Shown here one piece after another: positions 1 to 14,510 of a stretch of 64,000 nt of DNA. The notes beneath the pieces were generated by a model, which saw only the letters and a list, made by a program, of their open reading frames with translations, was not told the origin of the DNA and searched no databases. The stretch is from Dehalococcoidia bacterium (GTDB taxonomy: Bacteria; Chloroflexota; Dehalococcoidia; Bin125). The stretch's first letter is position 1. Each line of letters opens with the position of its first letter. Both the position numbers and the translations under genes were made by a program. Location of the stretch: positions 32,001-96,000 of the forward strand of contig CAXXNO010000006.1 in NCBI GenBank assembly GCA_963663235.2, in the 5' to 3' direction.

Positions 1-978
1 ATCGCGGCCGCCGTACACGCCGACGCGGACGAAATCGCGCTGACGCGGAACACGACCGAGGGCATGAACATCGTGTTTAATGGCGTCTCCTGGCAGCCGG
101 GAGACGTGGTGGTCAGCACCACCGTGGAACATAGCTCCGGGTTGGTGCCGTGTTACTTCTTGCGGGACCGCCATGGCGTGGAATTGCGCTTCGTGAAAAC
201 GGACGCCTCCGATGCGCAGGCGGACATGATTGCCAAGTTCGAGGCCGCTGTCACTCCCGGCACACGCTTGGTGGTCCTGAGTCATATCTCGTACGCAACC
301 GGCCAGATCTTCCCCTTGGCTGAGATTCAGCGCCTTGTGCATCGAGCCGGGGCGCGCGTACTTGTGGATGGCGCTCAAGGCTTGGGTCACCTGCCCCTGA
401 ACTTTCATGCCGATGATGTGGACTACTACGCGATGGCGGGGCACAAATGGCTCCTGGGGCCGAGCGGCCAGGGGGCTCTGTTCGTGCGCCGTGATCTAAT
501 CACCGAGCTTGAGCCGATGGCGGTCGCCTACGGGGCGGCGCAGTCCATCGACTATCGTGGCGGCGGCTTTTCACCCAGGCGTGATGCCATCGCTAAATTC
601 GAGCTCACGTCGTCGAGTGCGGCGCTGCAAGCCGGCATGGCGGCCGCTCTCCACTTGTACCAGACAGCCGGTCCGGAGGCAGTGTGGCAGCGAATCCGCG
701 CCTTGGCAGGCTACGCGGCGCGGCAGGTGACCGCCAGCGAGGGTCTCACCCTGGCGAGTCCTGCCGATCCGGCGGAGCAGAGCGGCCTGGTGACCTTCAC
801 CGCCAAGGGCCTGCCAGCGGACCACGTGAGCGAATATCTGGAAACGGCGGCTGGGGTGGTGGCGCGCTCGGTTAGCGAAGTTGATGCCGTCCGTCTTTCG
901 ACTCACTACTTCAACACGGAAGCCGAGATTGACCACGCTGTCGCGGCCGCCGCGCGCGTGGTCAAGGGCGCCGTCTAG
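1..978 (+). CDS. PLP-dependent aminotransferase class V (cysteine desulfurase/EgtE/isopenicillin-N-epimerase-like), 5' truncated by window
   Basis: Frame is open from base 1 (EIALTRNTTEGMN). Motifs: EHSS, LVDGAQ, GHKWLLGPSG (PLP Lys), RLSTHYFNTEAEID. No RxGHHC catalytic-Cys motif. Confidence 0.85.
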   Translation: MAAAVHADADEIALTRNTTEGMNIVFNGVSWQPGDVVVSTTVEHSSGLVPCYFLRDRHGVELRFVKTDASDAQADMIAKFEAAVTPGTRLVVLSHISYATGQIFPLAEIQRLVHRAGARVLVDGAQGLGHLPLNFHADDVDYYAMAGHKWLLGPSGQGALFVRRDLITELEPMAVAYGAAQSIDYRGGGFSPRRDAIAKFELTSSSAALQAGMAAALHLYQTAGPEAVWQRIRALAGYAARQVTASEGLTLASPADPAEQSGLVTFTAKGLPADHVSEYLETAAGVVARSVSEVDAVRLSTHYFNTEAEIDHAVAAAARVVKGAV

Positions 979-1089
979 GCATCCGTTTAGCCTGCGATGA
1001 GCGGTCCAGGCGCTTGGCCGCCTGTGGGAATGGTGTGATACGATTGCTGCCGATTGTCAGAGGGCGTATGGAGCGTTGGTCGTGTTTGA

Positions 1090-2451
1090 ATGGTGGCGGC
1101 TCCTCTGGGAGCGGATCGCTTGGTGACTGAGCCGAACCCCCAAGAGCTGTCCATGGAGCAACTCCTCGCCGCCGAGGAGTCCACCATCGCCCAGCTAAGC
1201 CGGGGCGATGTCGTGGATGGTGCGGTGGTCGGGATCAATCCGGACGCGCTGATCGTTGATGTCGGGGCGAAATCCGAGGGTGTGGTGCCGGCGAACGAAA
1301 TGCAGTCGCTCACCACCGATCAGCGCGCTGCCTTGAGCGTTGGTGATTCGCTGCTGGTGTACGTGCTGCAGCCGGAAGCGGAAGACGGCCAGGTGATGCT
1401 GTCAGTCGACCGTGCCCGGGGTGAGCAAGGTTGGCGTGTTCTCCATGGGCGCTACGAGGCCGGCGACATTTTCGAGGCCACCGTCAGCGGTTTTAACAAG
1501 GGCGGTTTGCTGGTGAACGTGGAGGGTGTGAATGCCTTCGTGCCGATGAGCCAGGTGGTGGGCGCCACACCGGACCGCGGCCAGGAGGGCGGCGGCCTGG
1601 CGGATTACGTTGGTCGCACCCTGCGTCTCAAAGTGATCGAGATGAATCGCCGCCGCAACCGGGTCATCCTGTCAGAGCGAGCAGCCTTGCAGGAATGGCG
1701 AGCGGAGCAGAAGGACCGTCTGCTAGAGGAGTTGCGTGAAGGAGAGATCCGACAAGGCACCATTACGAGCATTCGAAATTTTGGTGTCTTCGTGGATCTG
1801 GGCGGCGCCGACGGGCTCGTGCACCTCTCCGAGCTCTCCTGGGATCGGGACGTCAACCCCGAGGAACTCTTCAAGGTCGGCGATAGCGTTAGCGTGTACG
1901 TCATGAAGATCGACCAGGAGAGCAAGAAGATCGGTCTTTCCATGCGGCGCGCCCGGCCGGAGGAGTGGGATGGCGTGGTGGCTGAGTACGAGGTTGGGCA
2001 GGTTGTGCCCGCCGAAATCACCAAGCTTGTGACGTTCGGCGCGTTCGCGCGGCTGGAAGGGCCGGTTGAGGGGCTGATCCACGTCTCGGAGCTCGTAGAA
2101 CGACGCATCGCTCACCCGAAAGAAGTCGTCGCGGAGGGGGACATCGTGCCGGTCAAGATCGTGCGAATCGAGCGCGACAGGCACCGGCTCGGCCTCAGCC
2201 TCCATCAAGCGCGGCCCGACGCGGAGCGCGCGGGCTGGGTGTTCGACGACAACGGTGGGATCCGAGCGCTCGCTGCGGATGTCGCCGAGAAATATGGCAT
2301 CGAGCAACCGACTATCGAGGCGCCAAGTGCGCCCGCGCCCGGTGTCGAGGCGCCCCCCGCCCCGGAGCCGGAACCCGCCACGGCGATGGAAGCGGCGCTG
2401 CAGCGCGCGGGACTTTCCGAAGATGATCTCCGCTCCAGCGACGAGAGCTAA
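1090..2451 (+). CDS. rpsA: 30S ribosomal protein S1 (four S1 domains, Pro/Ala/Glu-rich tail)
   Basis: VDVGAKSEGVVP, FNKGGLLV, FGVFVDLGGADGLVHLSELSW, FGAFARLEGPVEGLIHVSEL. Exact start uncertain. Confidence 0.93.
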   Translation: MVAAPLGADRLVTEPNPQELSMEQLLAAEESTIAQLSRGDVVDGAVVGINPDALIVDVGAKSEGVVPANEMQSLTTDQRAALSVGDSLLVYVLQPEAEDGQVMLSVDRARGEQGWRVLHGRYEAGDIFEATVSGFNKGGLLVNVEGVNAFVPMSQVVGATPDRGQEGGGLADYVGRTLRLKVIEMNRRRNRVILSERAALQEWRAEQKDRLLEELREGEIRQGTITSIRNFGVFVDLGGADGLVHLSELSWDRDVNPEELFKVGDSVSVYVMKIDQESKKIGLSMRRARPEEWDGVVAEYEVGQVVPAEITKLVTFGAFARLEGPVEGLIHVSELVERRIAHPKEVVAEGDIVPVKIVRIERDRHRLGLSLHQARPDAERAGWVFDDNGGIRALAADVAEKYGIEQPTIEAPSAPAPGVEAPPAPEPEPATAMEAALQRAGLSEDDLRSSDES

Positions 2452-2640
2452 GCGCAAAACCCACCGGTTGCATACGAATCTCCCCGGCCACCGCGGGTCG
2501 TTAACGTAATTAGAAGGGCCGGGAAGATTAGGGGCCTGACGGGCCACCTGTGGGACCTCTCCGGGGGTCGGGCAGGTTGGTTCTTCCTGGACGCTCTTTC
2601 CAAACGCGTGATACCCTTGATCTGAGGCTGAATAGCTGAC

Positions 2641-5166
<2,526 letters not shown>

Positions 5167-5189
5167 CCCTTCGGGAGATCATTCCCGGC

Positions 5190-5226
5190 AGCAAGAAAGC
5201 GCGCTCCGTCGAGCGCGCTTTCTTGC
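5190..5226. terminator. Bidirectional intrinsic terminator between convergent clpC and rodA
   Basis: Perfect inverted repeat GCAAGAAAGCGCGCTC-cgtc-GAGCGCGCTTTCTTGC. Confidence 0.85.
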
Positions 5227-5251
5227 ATCTCGCTTCGGTCTCGGGTCCGCC

Positions 5252-6355
5252 CTAACGCTCGTTCTGGCGCAGCAACACACTCTGGACGATCCCCAGCGCG
5301 ACGAACAAAACGAAGAGCGACGAATTGCCCACGCTGAGAAATGGCAGCGGCAGGCCGGTGACGGGCAATAAGCGGATATTCACTGCCACCGCGATGAAGA
5401 CCTGGAACGCGATCATGCCAGTGATCCCCGCTACCATCAGCTGGCCCAAGGTGTCCGGTGCGCGCAGGATCGCGCGCAAGCCCCGCATCACCAGGAGTAA
5501 GACGAGCGCGAACAGGGCGATCGCGCCGACGAACCCGAACTCCTCGCCGAGAACGCTGAAGATGAAGTCCGTCTGCTGCGTCTGCAGGAAATCGAGTTGC
5601 GTCTGCGCTCCCTCCGTCAGGCCCTTCCCGAGCAAGCCGCCGGAACCGACCGATGTCTCCGCCTGCAGCACGTTGAACGCCACGCCGAGCGGGTCGTCAC
5701 TAGGGTCGATGAATATCTTGATCCGGTCGCGCTGATAGTCGCTGAAACCGGCCACCATCCCGAATGGAATGAGCGCTGCCAGTACGGCGCCGAGGATCAC
5801 GAAATTGCGCAGGCGGGCGCCCCCGAGCGCCGCCATCACCACCCAGATCAGCAAGAACATGATGGCGCCACCCAGGTCGGGCTCAATCAGGACGAGCGCC
5901 GCCGGCGCAGCGGCCAAGCCGAGCGATGCGACGAACGTCCGAGCCTCGTGCATGCGGTTCCGGTGGTCGGCCATGAACTTCGCGAGGCCGATGATCGTCA
6001 GCAACTTCGCGATTTCCGAAGCCTGCACGACCATGAAGCCGAGATCGAACCAGCGACTCGCGGCGAAGCGGTCGGATCCAAGAAAGAGGACGGCCGCCAG
6101 CAGCAGGATCCCGACGATGTAGGCCACCCCCCCGAAGGTGTCCAGCACCCGGTAGTTGGTCCGGGCCACGAGCAGCATGGCCAACGTGCCGACGCCCGCG
6201 ACTGCGATATGCCGGATGACGGGCTCAGTAACTACAATACCGATGGCGCCGCGCGGAAGAGCAGCGCTGTAGATCAGCAGTGCCCCGTACCCAGTAAGCG
6301 CTAAGACAACGACCAAGAGTACGGGATCAAAGTGACGCCAGCTGTAGGCGTTCAT
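5252..6355 (-). CDS. rodA: Rod shape-determining protein RodA (SEDS glycosyltransferase)
   Basis: ASRWFDLG, QASEIAK, EPDLGGA, GSGGLLGKG, TDFIFSVLGEEFG, PVTGLPLPFLS. ATG at 6355 overlaps the mrdA stop (ATGA). Confidence 0.93.
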   Translation of the reverse strand: MNAYSWRHFDPVLLVVVLALTGYGALLIYSAALPRGAIGIVVTEPVIRHIAVAGVGTLAMLLVARTNYRVLDTFGGVAYIVGILLLAAVLFLGSDRFAASRWFDLGFMVVQASEIAKLLTIIGLAKFMADHRNRMHEARTFVASLGLAAAPAALVLIEPDLGGAIMFLLIWVVMAALGGARLRNFVILGAVLAALIPFGMVAGFSDYQRDRIKIFIDPSDDPLGVAFNVLQAETSVGSGGLLGKGLTEGAQTQLDFLQTQQTDFIFSVLGEEFGFVGAIALFALVLLLVMRGLRAILRAPDTLGQLMVAGITGMIAFQVFIAVAVNIRLLPVTGLPLPFLSVGNSSLFVLFVALGIVQSVLLRQNER

Positions 6356-8403
6356 GGCCCGCTGTCCGCATCGAGGTCCACGAAGCGGTCGCCCTCCAGT
6401 GCGGCCCGCTGTGGCGGTGCGGGGTGGTCGGGATCGATCGAGCCGCTGAGTTCCGCCCACGCCTTCAGGATCAGCCCGCCCGTCTCCGCGCTCAGAAAGC
6501 CGGCACCCAACTGGTGAAATACCACGACCGCCACCTGCGGCTTTTCGTACGGTGCAAAACCAAGGAACCAGCCGTGAGTGGGGAACAGGTCGCGGAACGT
6601 GGGCTCTTTGCCGAACTCCGCCGTTCCTGTCTTGCCGGCAATCTGCATTTCGGAAAAGTAGGCGTTGCCGGAGGTTCCGGCCAGCACGGATCGAGCCATC
6701 CCTTCCCGGACCAGCGCCAGGTTCTCGGGCTCGACATCAAGCTGCCGGCGGACCCGAGGGCCGATCGTTCGGAGCACGTTGCCGTCCGTATCCAGCACTG
6801 CCCGGACGACGTGAGGCTGCAGCAGATTGCCGCCATTGGCGATTGCCGCGGTCGCCATCACCATCTGGAGCGGCGTGACCGCCACGAATCCCTGTCCGAT
6901 GCCCAGGTTGTAGGAATCGCCTTGCCCCCAGCCTTCACCGAATGTCCTGACCTTCCAATCGGCATCAGGGATAAAACCGCTCGCCTCGCCGACCAAGTCG
7001 ATCTGGCTCAATTCATTCAGGCCGAAGAGGTTCCCCCACTTGGAGAGTCCCTCGATCCCAAGGCCCTCGAAGTCCTGCTGCCCGCCGATGACCCCCGCGC
7101 GAGTGAGCTTCTCCTGCTCTTCCTGCTGCTCGGGCGTCAGCAGTTCGTCGGCCACGGGCCGGCGGAAAGGGGAACCGCCGGCGAGGTACCAGAAATAGAC
7201 GTTGCTTGATTCGGCCAGGCCCGTGACGAAGTCGAAGTCCCCGGCCGTGGTGTCGCGGAACACGTAGGTGATGCGCGGATCGAGGACGTTTTGCACTCCG
7301 ATGGCGCCGAGAGAGCGGATGCGCTGGTCGGGGTCGATGATTTCGTCTTGGAGAGCACCGGTGCCAGTGATCACCTTGAAAATGGATCCGGGCGGAAATT
7401 GATCGGCGATGGCGTGGTTGACGAGCGGGCGGGCTTCATTTTCGAAGATGGCGGAAAGCTGCGCCTCGTCGACGCGCTGAGAGAAGATGTTGTTGTCGTA
7501 GTTGGGTAGGGAGACCATGGCCAGAATCTCTCCGGTGTGGACATCCACCACCACGGCGGCCGCGAAGAGCGAGCCGCCCATGCCTTCTCGTAATAGGATC
7601 TCCACCTCGGTTTGCAGCTGCGGATCGATGGTCAGCACCAATCCTTGGCCCGGCGTTGGAGGTTCTGCAGCCAGCGTCCGCACGGCGCGCCCGCTGGCGT
7701 TCACCTCTACCTCCTCTCTCCCGGGAACGCCGCGCAACACATCCTCGTAGGCAGCTTCGACGCCCGTCTGTCCGATCCGATCGGCGAGGCGGTACCGGTC
7801 CGCGCGCAACTCCTCGAACTCTTCCACGGTGATGGGGCCGATGTGGCCCAGTACCTGGGAGAAGAGCGGACCGAGCAGGTAGTGGCGCTTGGATATCGAT
7901 TCCACCCGCATTCCGGGCACAGAACCCTGGAGGGTGCCGATCTCAAAGACCAAGTCGGCATCGATGTCCGCTGCCAGCACGATGGGCTGGAAGGGGTCGA
8001 TGCTGCGATGCCTCTCAAGGATCTGCGTCTCGATCTCGAAGGCGGGGATGTCCAGTAGCGGCGATAGTGCTTCGGCTACCTCGTGGACGCGATCCGGCGG
8101 AACGTCTGCCGCCACCACCGTGACGGCGAACCCCGGTACGTTTTCGGCGAGGAGCGTGCCATCTCTCGCGTAGATCAGCCCCCGTTCTGCGGGCGTGTCG
8201 ATCAAGCGCAACCGGTTGGTGGCGGCGCGAATCTCGAACTCTTCGTGCCGGAAGATCTGGAGCCGCATCAACTGAATCGTGAGGATGCCGAACAGCACCA
8301 GGATTACCGTGCCCAGCAGCAAGACCTTGAGCCCAAGCCTCTCCTCGTCCCCAGCCGGCGAGGTCATGATGACGGGACGCTGCCTATCGCCCAGGAGGCG
8401 CAT
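6352..8403 (-). CDS. mrdA: Penicillin-binding protein 2
   Basis: N-terminal TM, PAERGLIYARDG, SxxK (PPGSIFK), SxN (ESSNVYF), KTG (AGKTGTAE). Confidence 0.94.
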   Translation of the reverse strand: MRLLGDRQRPVIMTSPAGDEERLGLKVLLLGTVILVLFGILTIQLMRLQIFRHEEFEIRAATNRLRLIDTPAERGLIYARDGTLLAENVPGFAVTVVAADVPPDRVHEVAEALSPLLDIPAFEIETQILERHRSIDPFQPIVLAADIDADLVFEIGTLQGSVPGMRVESISKRHYLLGPLFSQVLGHIGPITVEEFEELRADRYRLADRIGQTGVEAAYEDVLRGVPGREEVEVNASGRAVRTLAAEPPTPGQGLVLTIDPQLQTEVEILLREGMGGSLFAAAVVVDVHTGEILAMVSLPNYDNNIFSQRVDEAQLSAIFENEARPLVNHAIADQFPPGSIFKVITGTGALQDEIIDPDQRIRSLGAIGVQNVLDPRITYVFRDTTAGDFDFVTGLAESSNVYFWYLAGGSPFRRPVADELLTPEQQEEQEKLTRAGVIGGQQDFEGLGIEGLSKWGNLFGLNELSQIDLVGEASGFIPDADWKVRTFGEGWGQGDSYNLGIGQGFVAVTPLQMVMATAAIANGGNLLQPHVVRAVLDTDGNVLRTIGPRVRRQLDVEPENLALVREGMARSVLAGTSGNAYFSEMQIAGKTGTAEFGKEPTFRDLFPTHGWFLGFAPYEKPQVAVVVFHQLGAGFLSAETGGLILKAWAELSGSIDPDHPAPPQRAALEGDRFVDLDADSGP

Positions 8404-8900
8404 CAGACGCTTACCGCCGGTTTCGCCCGCGGCGTCGGCAGGCGGATCAAGAGGTACACCGGGACCGCCACGACCAGGTTGACCAGCACGGTTGGCAGCA
8501 GCACGTCGGTGGTCACCGCGAACCAGTCGATCGCGCTGCCCCCAATCTCAAGCACAAGGGCGATCACCACGAAGTGCGCCACTGTCGCCGCAACCACGAG
8601 AGCGAGCGCCCCGCCGAACTCGCTCTGAACGCCCAGGGGGCGCCGCAGGGTAGCCAGCATGATCACTGGCAGGAAAGCCGCGACGGAGGTCGCGAGCCCC
8701 TGGAACGAGAGCAGCCCCATCCAGATACCGGCCAGCGGAACCAGCCCAAACCCCTCGTCCTGGCCACGGACGACGACCCAGCAGCAAAGCACGATAAGGA
8801 TCAGGTTTGTCCCTACACCCAACAACTGGAATGCTGGTACGGCCGATGTCTGCAGTAACGTGAGCGCCAGTAAGCCGATCGCGTATACGATCCACCTCAT
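8403..8900 (-). CDS. mreD: Rod shape-determining protein MreD
   Basis: Hydrophobic 165-aa multi-TM protein between mreC and mrdA. Confidence 0.8.
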   Translation of the reverse strand: MRWIVYAIGLLALTLLQTSAVPAFQLLGVGTNLILIVLCCWVVVRGQDEGFGLVPLAGIWMGLLSFQGLATSVAAFLPVIMLATLRRPLGVQSEFGGALALVVAATVAHFVVIALVLEIGGSAIDWFAVTTDVLLPTVLVNLVVAVPVYLLIRLPTPRAKPAVSV

Positions 8901-9781
8901 GGTGCCCCGTCCTCCGACTGCGCCGGTTCCTCTTCATCATTCGGACGACCGGGCTCAGGGATCGGTTCCGCGGTAAACGTAACCTGCACCAAGACGGACT
9001 CCAGTCGGTCCAGGGGTGCAAGGGGTCGGAGGCGGACCCGCTTAAAGACTTCTTGTGCGGATCCCTCGGCCGCCGCGACCGTCCCGACCGGGATCCCCTT
9101 TGGAAGGAGCCCTCCCAGGCCAGAGGTGAGGAACGCCTGGCCCGGCTGGACATCCAGGGCTTGTGGGATGAACTCCACCCGCAGATTGCCCCGGGTGTCA
9201 CCCGTGATGATCCCCTCGGTCCGGCTGAGCTGATGCAGCCCGCGGATACTGCTGTCGGGGTCCGTGATGAGCCGGACGAAGGCCAGATTCGCCCGTGCTT
9301 CAATCACCACTCCCACGAGACTGCCGCCGACGGCGAGTACCGGCATCCCCTCCTCGACGCCGTCACTGACGCCTCGGTCGATCCCGATGATGTCTCGCAG
9401 CCCCGTCAGGTCCCGCGTGATGATCTCCGCCTCCACGAAGATCTCGCCTTGCTGCGCGCGCTGCACGTCCAGCAGCGCCTCTCGACCGCGCACCTGGATC
9501 TGCTCTTCGCGCAGCCGTGTCACCTCAGCCTCCAATTGCTCGACGCGGTTCCGCAGCGCCCGGTTCTCGTCGTCCACGGCGTCAAAATCGTCGATGTTGC
9601 CAATGAGATTGGCGACCGGTTCGGCGGCGTGGCGCAATGCGCGCTGCACGGGGCTGAAGACGGTGAGCGCCGCATCCTCCAGCGGCGCGGCCGCGCCGGT
9701 GACGGCCAAGGCTGTCAGGATGCCGATGAGGAGGATCATCCCCATCAACCATTGGCCTAACCTGGAGTTCAGCGCGGCCAT
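8897..9781 (-). CDS. mreC: Rod shape-determining protein MreC
   Basis: TM, coiled coil (ENRALRNRV), IDRGVSDGVEEGMPV, TSGLGGLLPKGIPVG. Confidence 0.93.
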   Translation of the reverse strand: MAALNSRLGQWLMGMILLIGILTALAVTGAAAPLEDAALTVFSPVQRALRHAAEPVANLIGNIDDFDAVDDENRALRNRVEQLEAEVTRLREEQIQVRGREALLDVQRAQQGEIFVEAEIITRDLTGLRDIIGIDRGVSDGVEEGMPVLAVGGSLVGVVIEARANLAFVRLITDPDSSIRGLHQLSRTEGIITGDTRGNLRVEFIPQALDVQPGQAFLTSGLGGLLPKGIPVGTVAAAEGSAQEVFKRVRLRPLAPLDRLESVLVQVTFTAEPIPEPGRPNDEEEPAQSEDGAP

Positions 9782-9790
9782 GGAGCTTGC

Positions 9791-10851
9791 TTACCGGCGC
9801 TCCCGCACCGACGCGGTCTCGGCGCGCACCTTCGAGAGTATGGTCGCCTCTTCCAACACCTCGGCACATCCGCGCACCACACAGGTCGTCGGGTCGTCCA
9901 CCAGGTAGACTGGGAACTTCGTCTCCTGCGAGATGCGGCGGTCCAAGCCGGCCAAGAGGGCGCCACCTCCGGCTAGCCCGATCCCCTGGTTCATCAGATC
10001 CGCGACCAACTCCGGTGGCGTCGTCTCAATCGTTTGCCGCACCGCATCCACGATCGCGCGCACGGAGCCGCTGAGCGCATCGCGTAGCTCGACGGTGCTG
10101 ATCTCGACACTTTTCGGTAGCCCGCTGGCCAGATCCCGCCCCGCAGCACGACCGGCCGCTCCCGCTCCAGCGGGAACGCTGAACCGGCCTCGATCTTCGT
10201 CTGCTCAGCCGTTTGGGATCCGATGGCCATATTGTGTACGTGCCGCGCGTAAGCAATCAGATCCTCGTCAATCTCGTCTCCGGCGACTCGAATGGACGTG
10301 CTTACTACGATACCGCCCAGGGCAAATACGGCCACCTCAGTCGTCCCGCCGCCGATGTCTACGATCATCGATCCGGTCGCGCCTCCGATCGGCAGGCCTG
10401 CGCCAATCGCGGCGGCTACTGGCTCTTCGATCAGCAGCGCCTCGCGGGCGCCGCTGCTAATCGTAGCGTCGTAGATGGCGCGCTTCTCGACTTCGGTGAC
10501 GCCGCTGGGCATGCCTACGACGACCCGGGGGCGTGGCACCCCGATGCTGTGATGCTCGTGCACCGCCCGAATGAAGTACTGGAGCATCCGTTCTGTGACG
10601 TCGAAGTCACTGATAACCCCGTCCTTTAAAGGGCGTACGGCGACCACATTGGCTGGGGTACGGCCGACCATCCGCTTGGCATCCAGGCCGATGGCCAGGA
10701 TCGTGCGGGTATTCCGATCGATCGCGACCACGGACGGTTCCGCCAGGAGGATGCCTCGTCCGCGCACCGCGACGAGGGTATTCGCGGTACCCAGGTCGAT
10801 CGCGATGTCGTGCGAGAACTGCCCGAAAAGCCAATTCAGAGGGTTCAGCAT
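9791..10851 (-). CDS. mreB: Actin-like MreB with a one-base frameshift near 10139-10142 (sequencing error or pseudogene)
   Basis: IDLGTANT, EEPVAAAIG, DIGGGTTE lie in ORF 9994-10851. The C-terminal part (RDLASGLPK...TPPELVAD...LAGGGALL) is in another frame ending at 9791. Adding one base at the G-run joins the two. Confidence 0.93.
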
Positions 10852-10930
10852 GATCCCTCAGGGGACGAAACGGCCCGGAGCGGAAGGCCGCGACCGGGCC
10901 GGTCTCTGACCGCAGATTTTGCCTGTGCCA

Positions 10931-13084
<2,154 letters not shown>

Positions 13085-13128
13085 CTACGAAACCGATGCC
13101 GCGGATCGCGTGTTACGCTGACCATTCG

Positions 13129-13803
13129 ATGGGCATCTCCGATCCGCGATCAGTCATCGTGCTGGACTATGGGGCGGGCAACCTGCGCTCGGTCGTGCGC
13201 GCTGTGGAGCGCGTTGGCTTCCGCGCAGAAGTCACCAGCAGCCCCGGCCGGCTGGCTGCTGCTCGCGTCGTAGTTCTTCCCGGCGTCGGTGCGGCTGCCG
13301 ATACGATGCGCAACCTCAAGCGCTGCGGGCTTGTCGAACCGCTGAAGGAGTACCTGGCGGCGAACCACCCCTTCCTTGGCGTCTGTATGGGCCTCGAGGC
13401 GCTGATGACGGTCTCGCAGGAGGGGGGCGAGCACCGCTGTTTGGATGCGTTGCCCGGCCAGGTCGTGCGCCTGCCGGCTGGGCAGAAGGTCCCACACATG
13501 GGCTGGAACGCGGTCCGATTCAGCCAGCCCAGCGTGGCGCTGGACGGAATTCCGCAGGGTGCCTACTTCTACTTCGTCCACTCCTACTACTGCGTCGTCG
13601 AAGAAGCCCAGTGTGTGGTCGCGACCACCGACTACGGAGTGACCATTCCCGCGGTGGTTGAGCGGGGCAACCTCGTGGCCACGCAGTTCCACCCGGAGAA
13701 GAGTGGGGTTTACGGCCTGCGGCTCTATCGCAACGTCCTGACGCGAGCGTTCTTGGTCGGATCGGCTTCAGAGAGCGGCGGGGGAGATGCGCGATGCAAG
13801 TAA
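13129..13803 (+). CDS. hisH: Imidazole glycerol phosphate synthase glutaminase subunit
   Basis: DYGAGNLRSV, LPGVG, GVCMG, PHMGWN, YFVHSY, QFHPEKS. Start uncertain. Confidence 0.95.
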   Translation: MGISDPRSVIVLDYGAGNLRSVVRAVERVGFRAEVTSSPGRLAAARVVVLPGVGAAADTMRNLKRCGLVEPLKEYLAANHPFLGVCMGLEALMTVSQEGGEHRCLDALPGQVVRLPAGQKVPHMGWNAVRFSQPSVALDGIPQGAYFYFVHSYYCVVEEAQCVVATTDYGVTIPAVVERGNLVATQFHPEKSGVYGLRLYRNVLTRAFLVGSASESGGGDARCK

Positions 13804-14510
13804 TCCCCGCCGTCGATATCCGCGGTGGCCGCGTCGTGCGGCTCCGACAGGGCGACTACGGGACTGAAACCGTCTTCGATGTGGATCCGGTCGCCGCTGC
13901 CCGGCGCTGGCTTGCGGCCGGCGCGGAGCGTCTCCACGTGGTGGACTTGGACGGCGCGCGCGGCGGCACGCCCGCGAACTTCGCCGCCGTGACAGAAATC
14001 GCGGCACTCGGCACATCAACGCAGGTCGGAGGTGGGATCCGATCGGCGGAGACAGCGGCGCGGTACCTGGACGCGGGTTTGGACCGGATCGTGCTCGGCA
14101 CGGCCGCCGTGCGTGACATTGCCTTGGTGAAGGTGCTCTGCCGCGATCACGGTGAAGCCATCGTGCTATCGATCGACGCTCGCGCTGGTCTGGTGGCGAC
14201 CGATGGCTGGACTAAGACGTCGACTATTCCGGCCGAGGAACTCGCCGGCATGCTGGTGGATTCAGGTGCGCGACGGTTCGTCTATACGGATATCGCGCGT
14301 GACGGCACACTTACAGAGCCGAACTACGACGCCCTGCGGCGCTTCGTGGCGGCGGTGGACCGGCCCGTGATCGCTTCGGGTGGCGTAGCCACCGTTGAGC
14401 AGATCCCGCTGCTGGCGCTGACTGACGTGGAGGGGGTCATCGTAGGACGCGCGCTGTACGACGGACGGATCGACCTGATGGCTGCGATGATGGTGGCCGT
14501 TCAATGTTGA
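13794..14510 (+). CDS. hisA: ProFAR isomerase
   Basis: [45 protein letters not shown]. Confidence 0.95.
   Translation: MQVIPAVDIRGGRVVRLRQGDYGTETVFDVDPVAAARRWLAAGAERLHVVDLDGARGGTPANFAAVTEIAALGTSTQVGGGIRSAETAARYLDAGLDRIVLGTAAVRDIALVKVLCRDHGEAIVLSIDARAGLVATDGWTKTSTIPAEELAGMLVDSGARRFVYTDIARDGTLTEPNYDALRRFVAAVDRPVIASGGVATVEQIPLLALTDVEGVIVGRALYDGRIDLMAAMMVAVQC

Noticed and set aside
2452-2640. CtsR, HrcA (CIRCE) or HspR (HAIR) operator before clpC
   Set aside because: No adequate match to any of these motifs.
10125-10150. Programmed -1 ribosomal frameshift in mreB
   Set aside because: No X XXY YYZ slippery heptamer; an indel is the simpler explanation.
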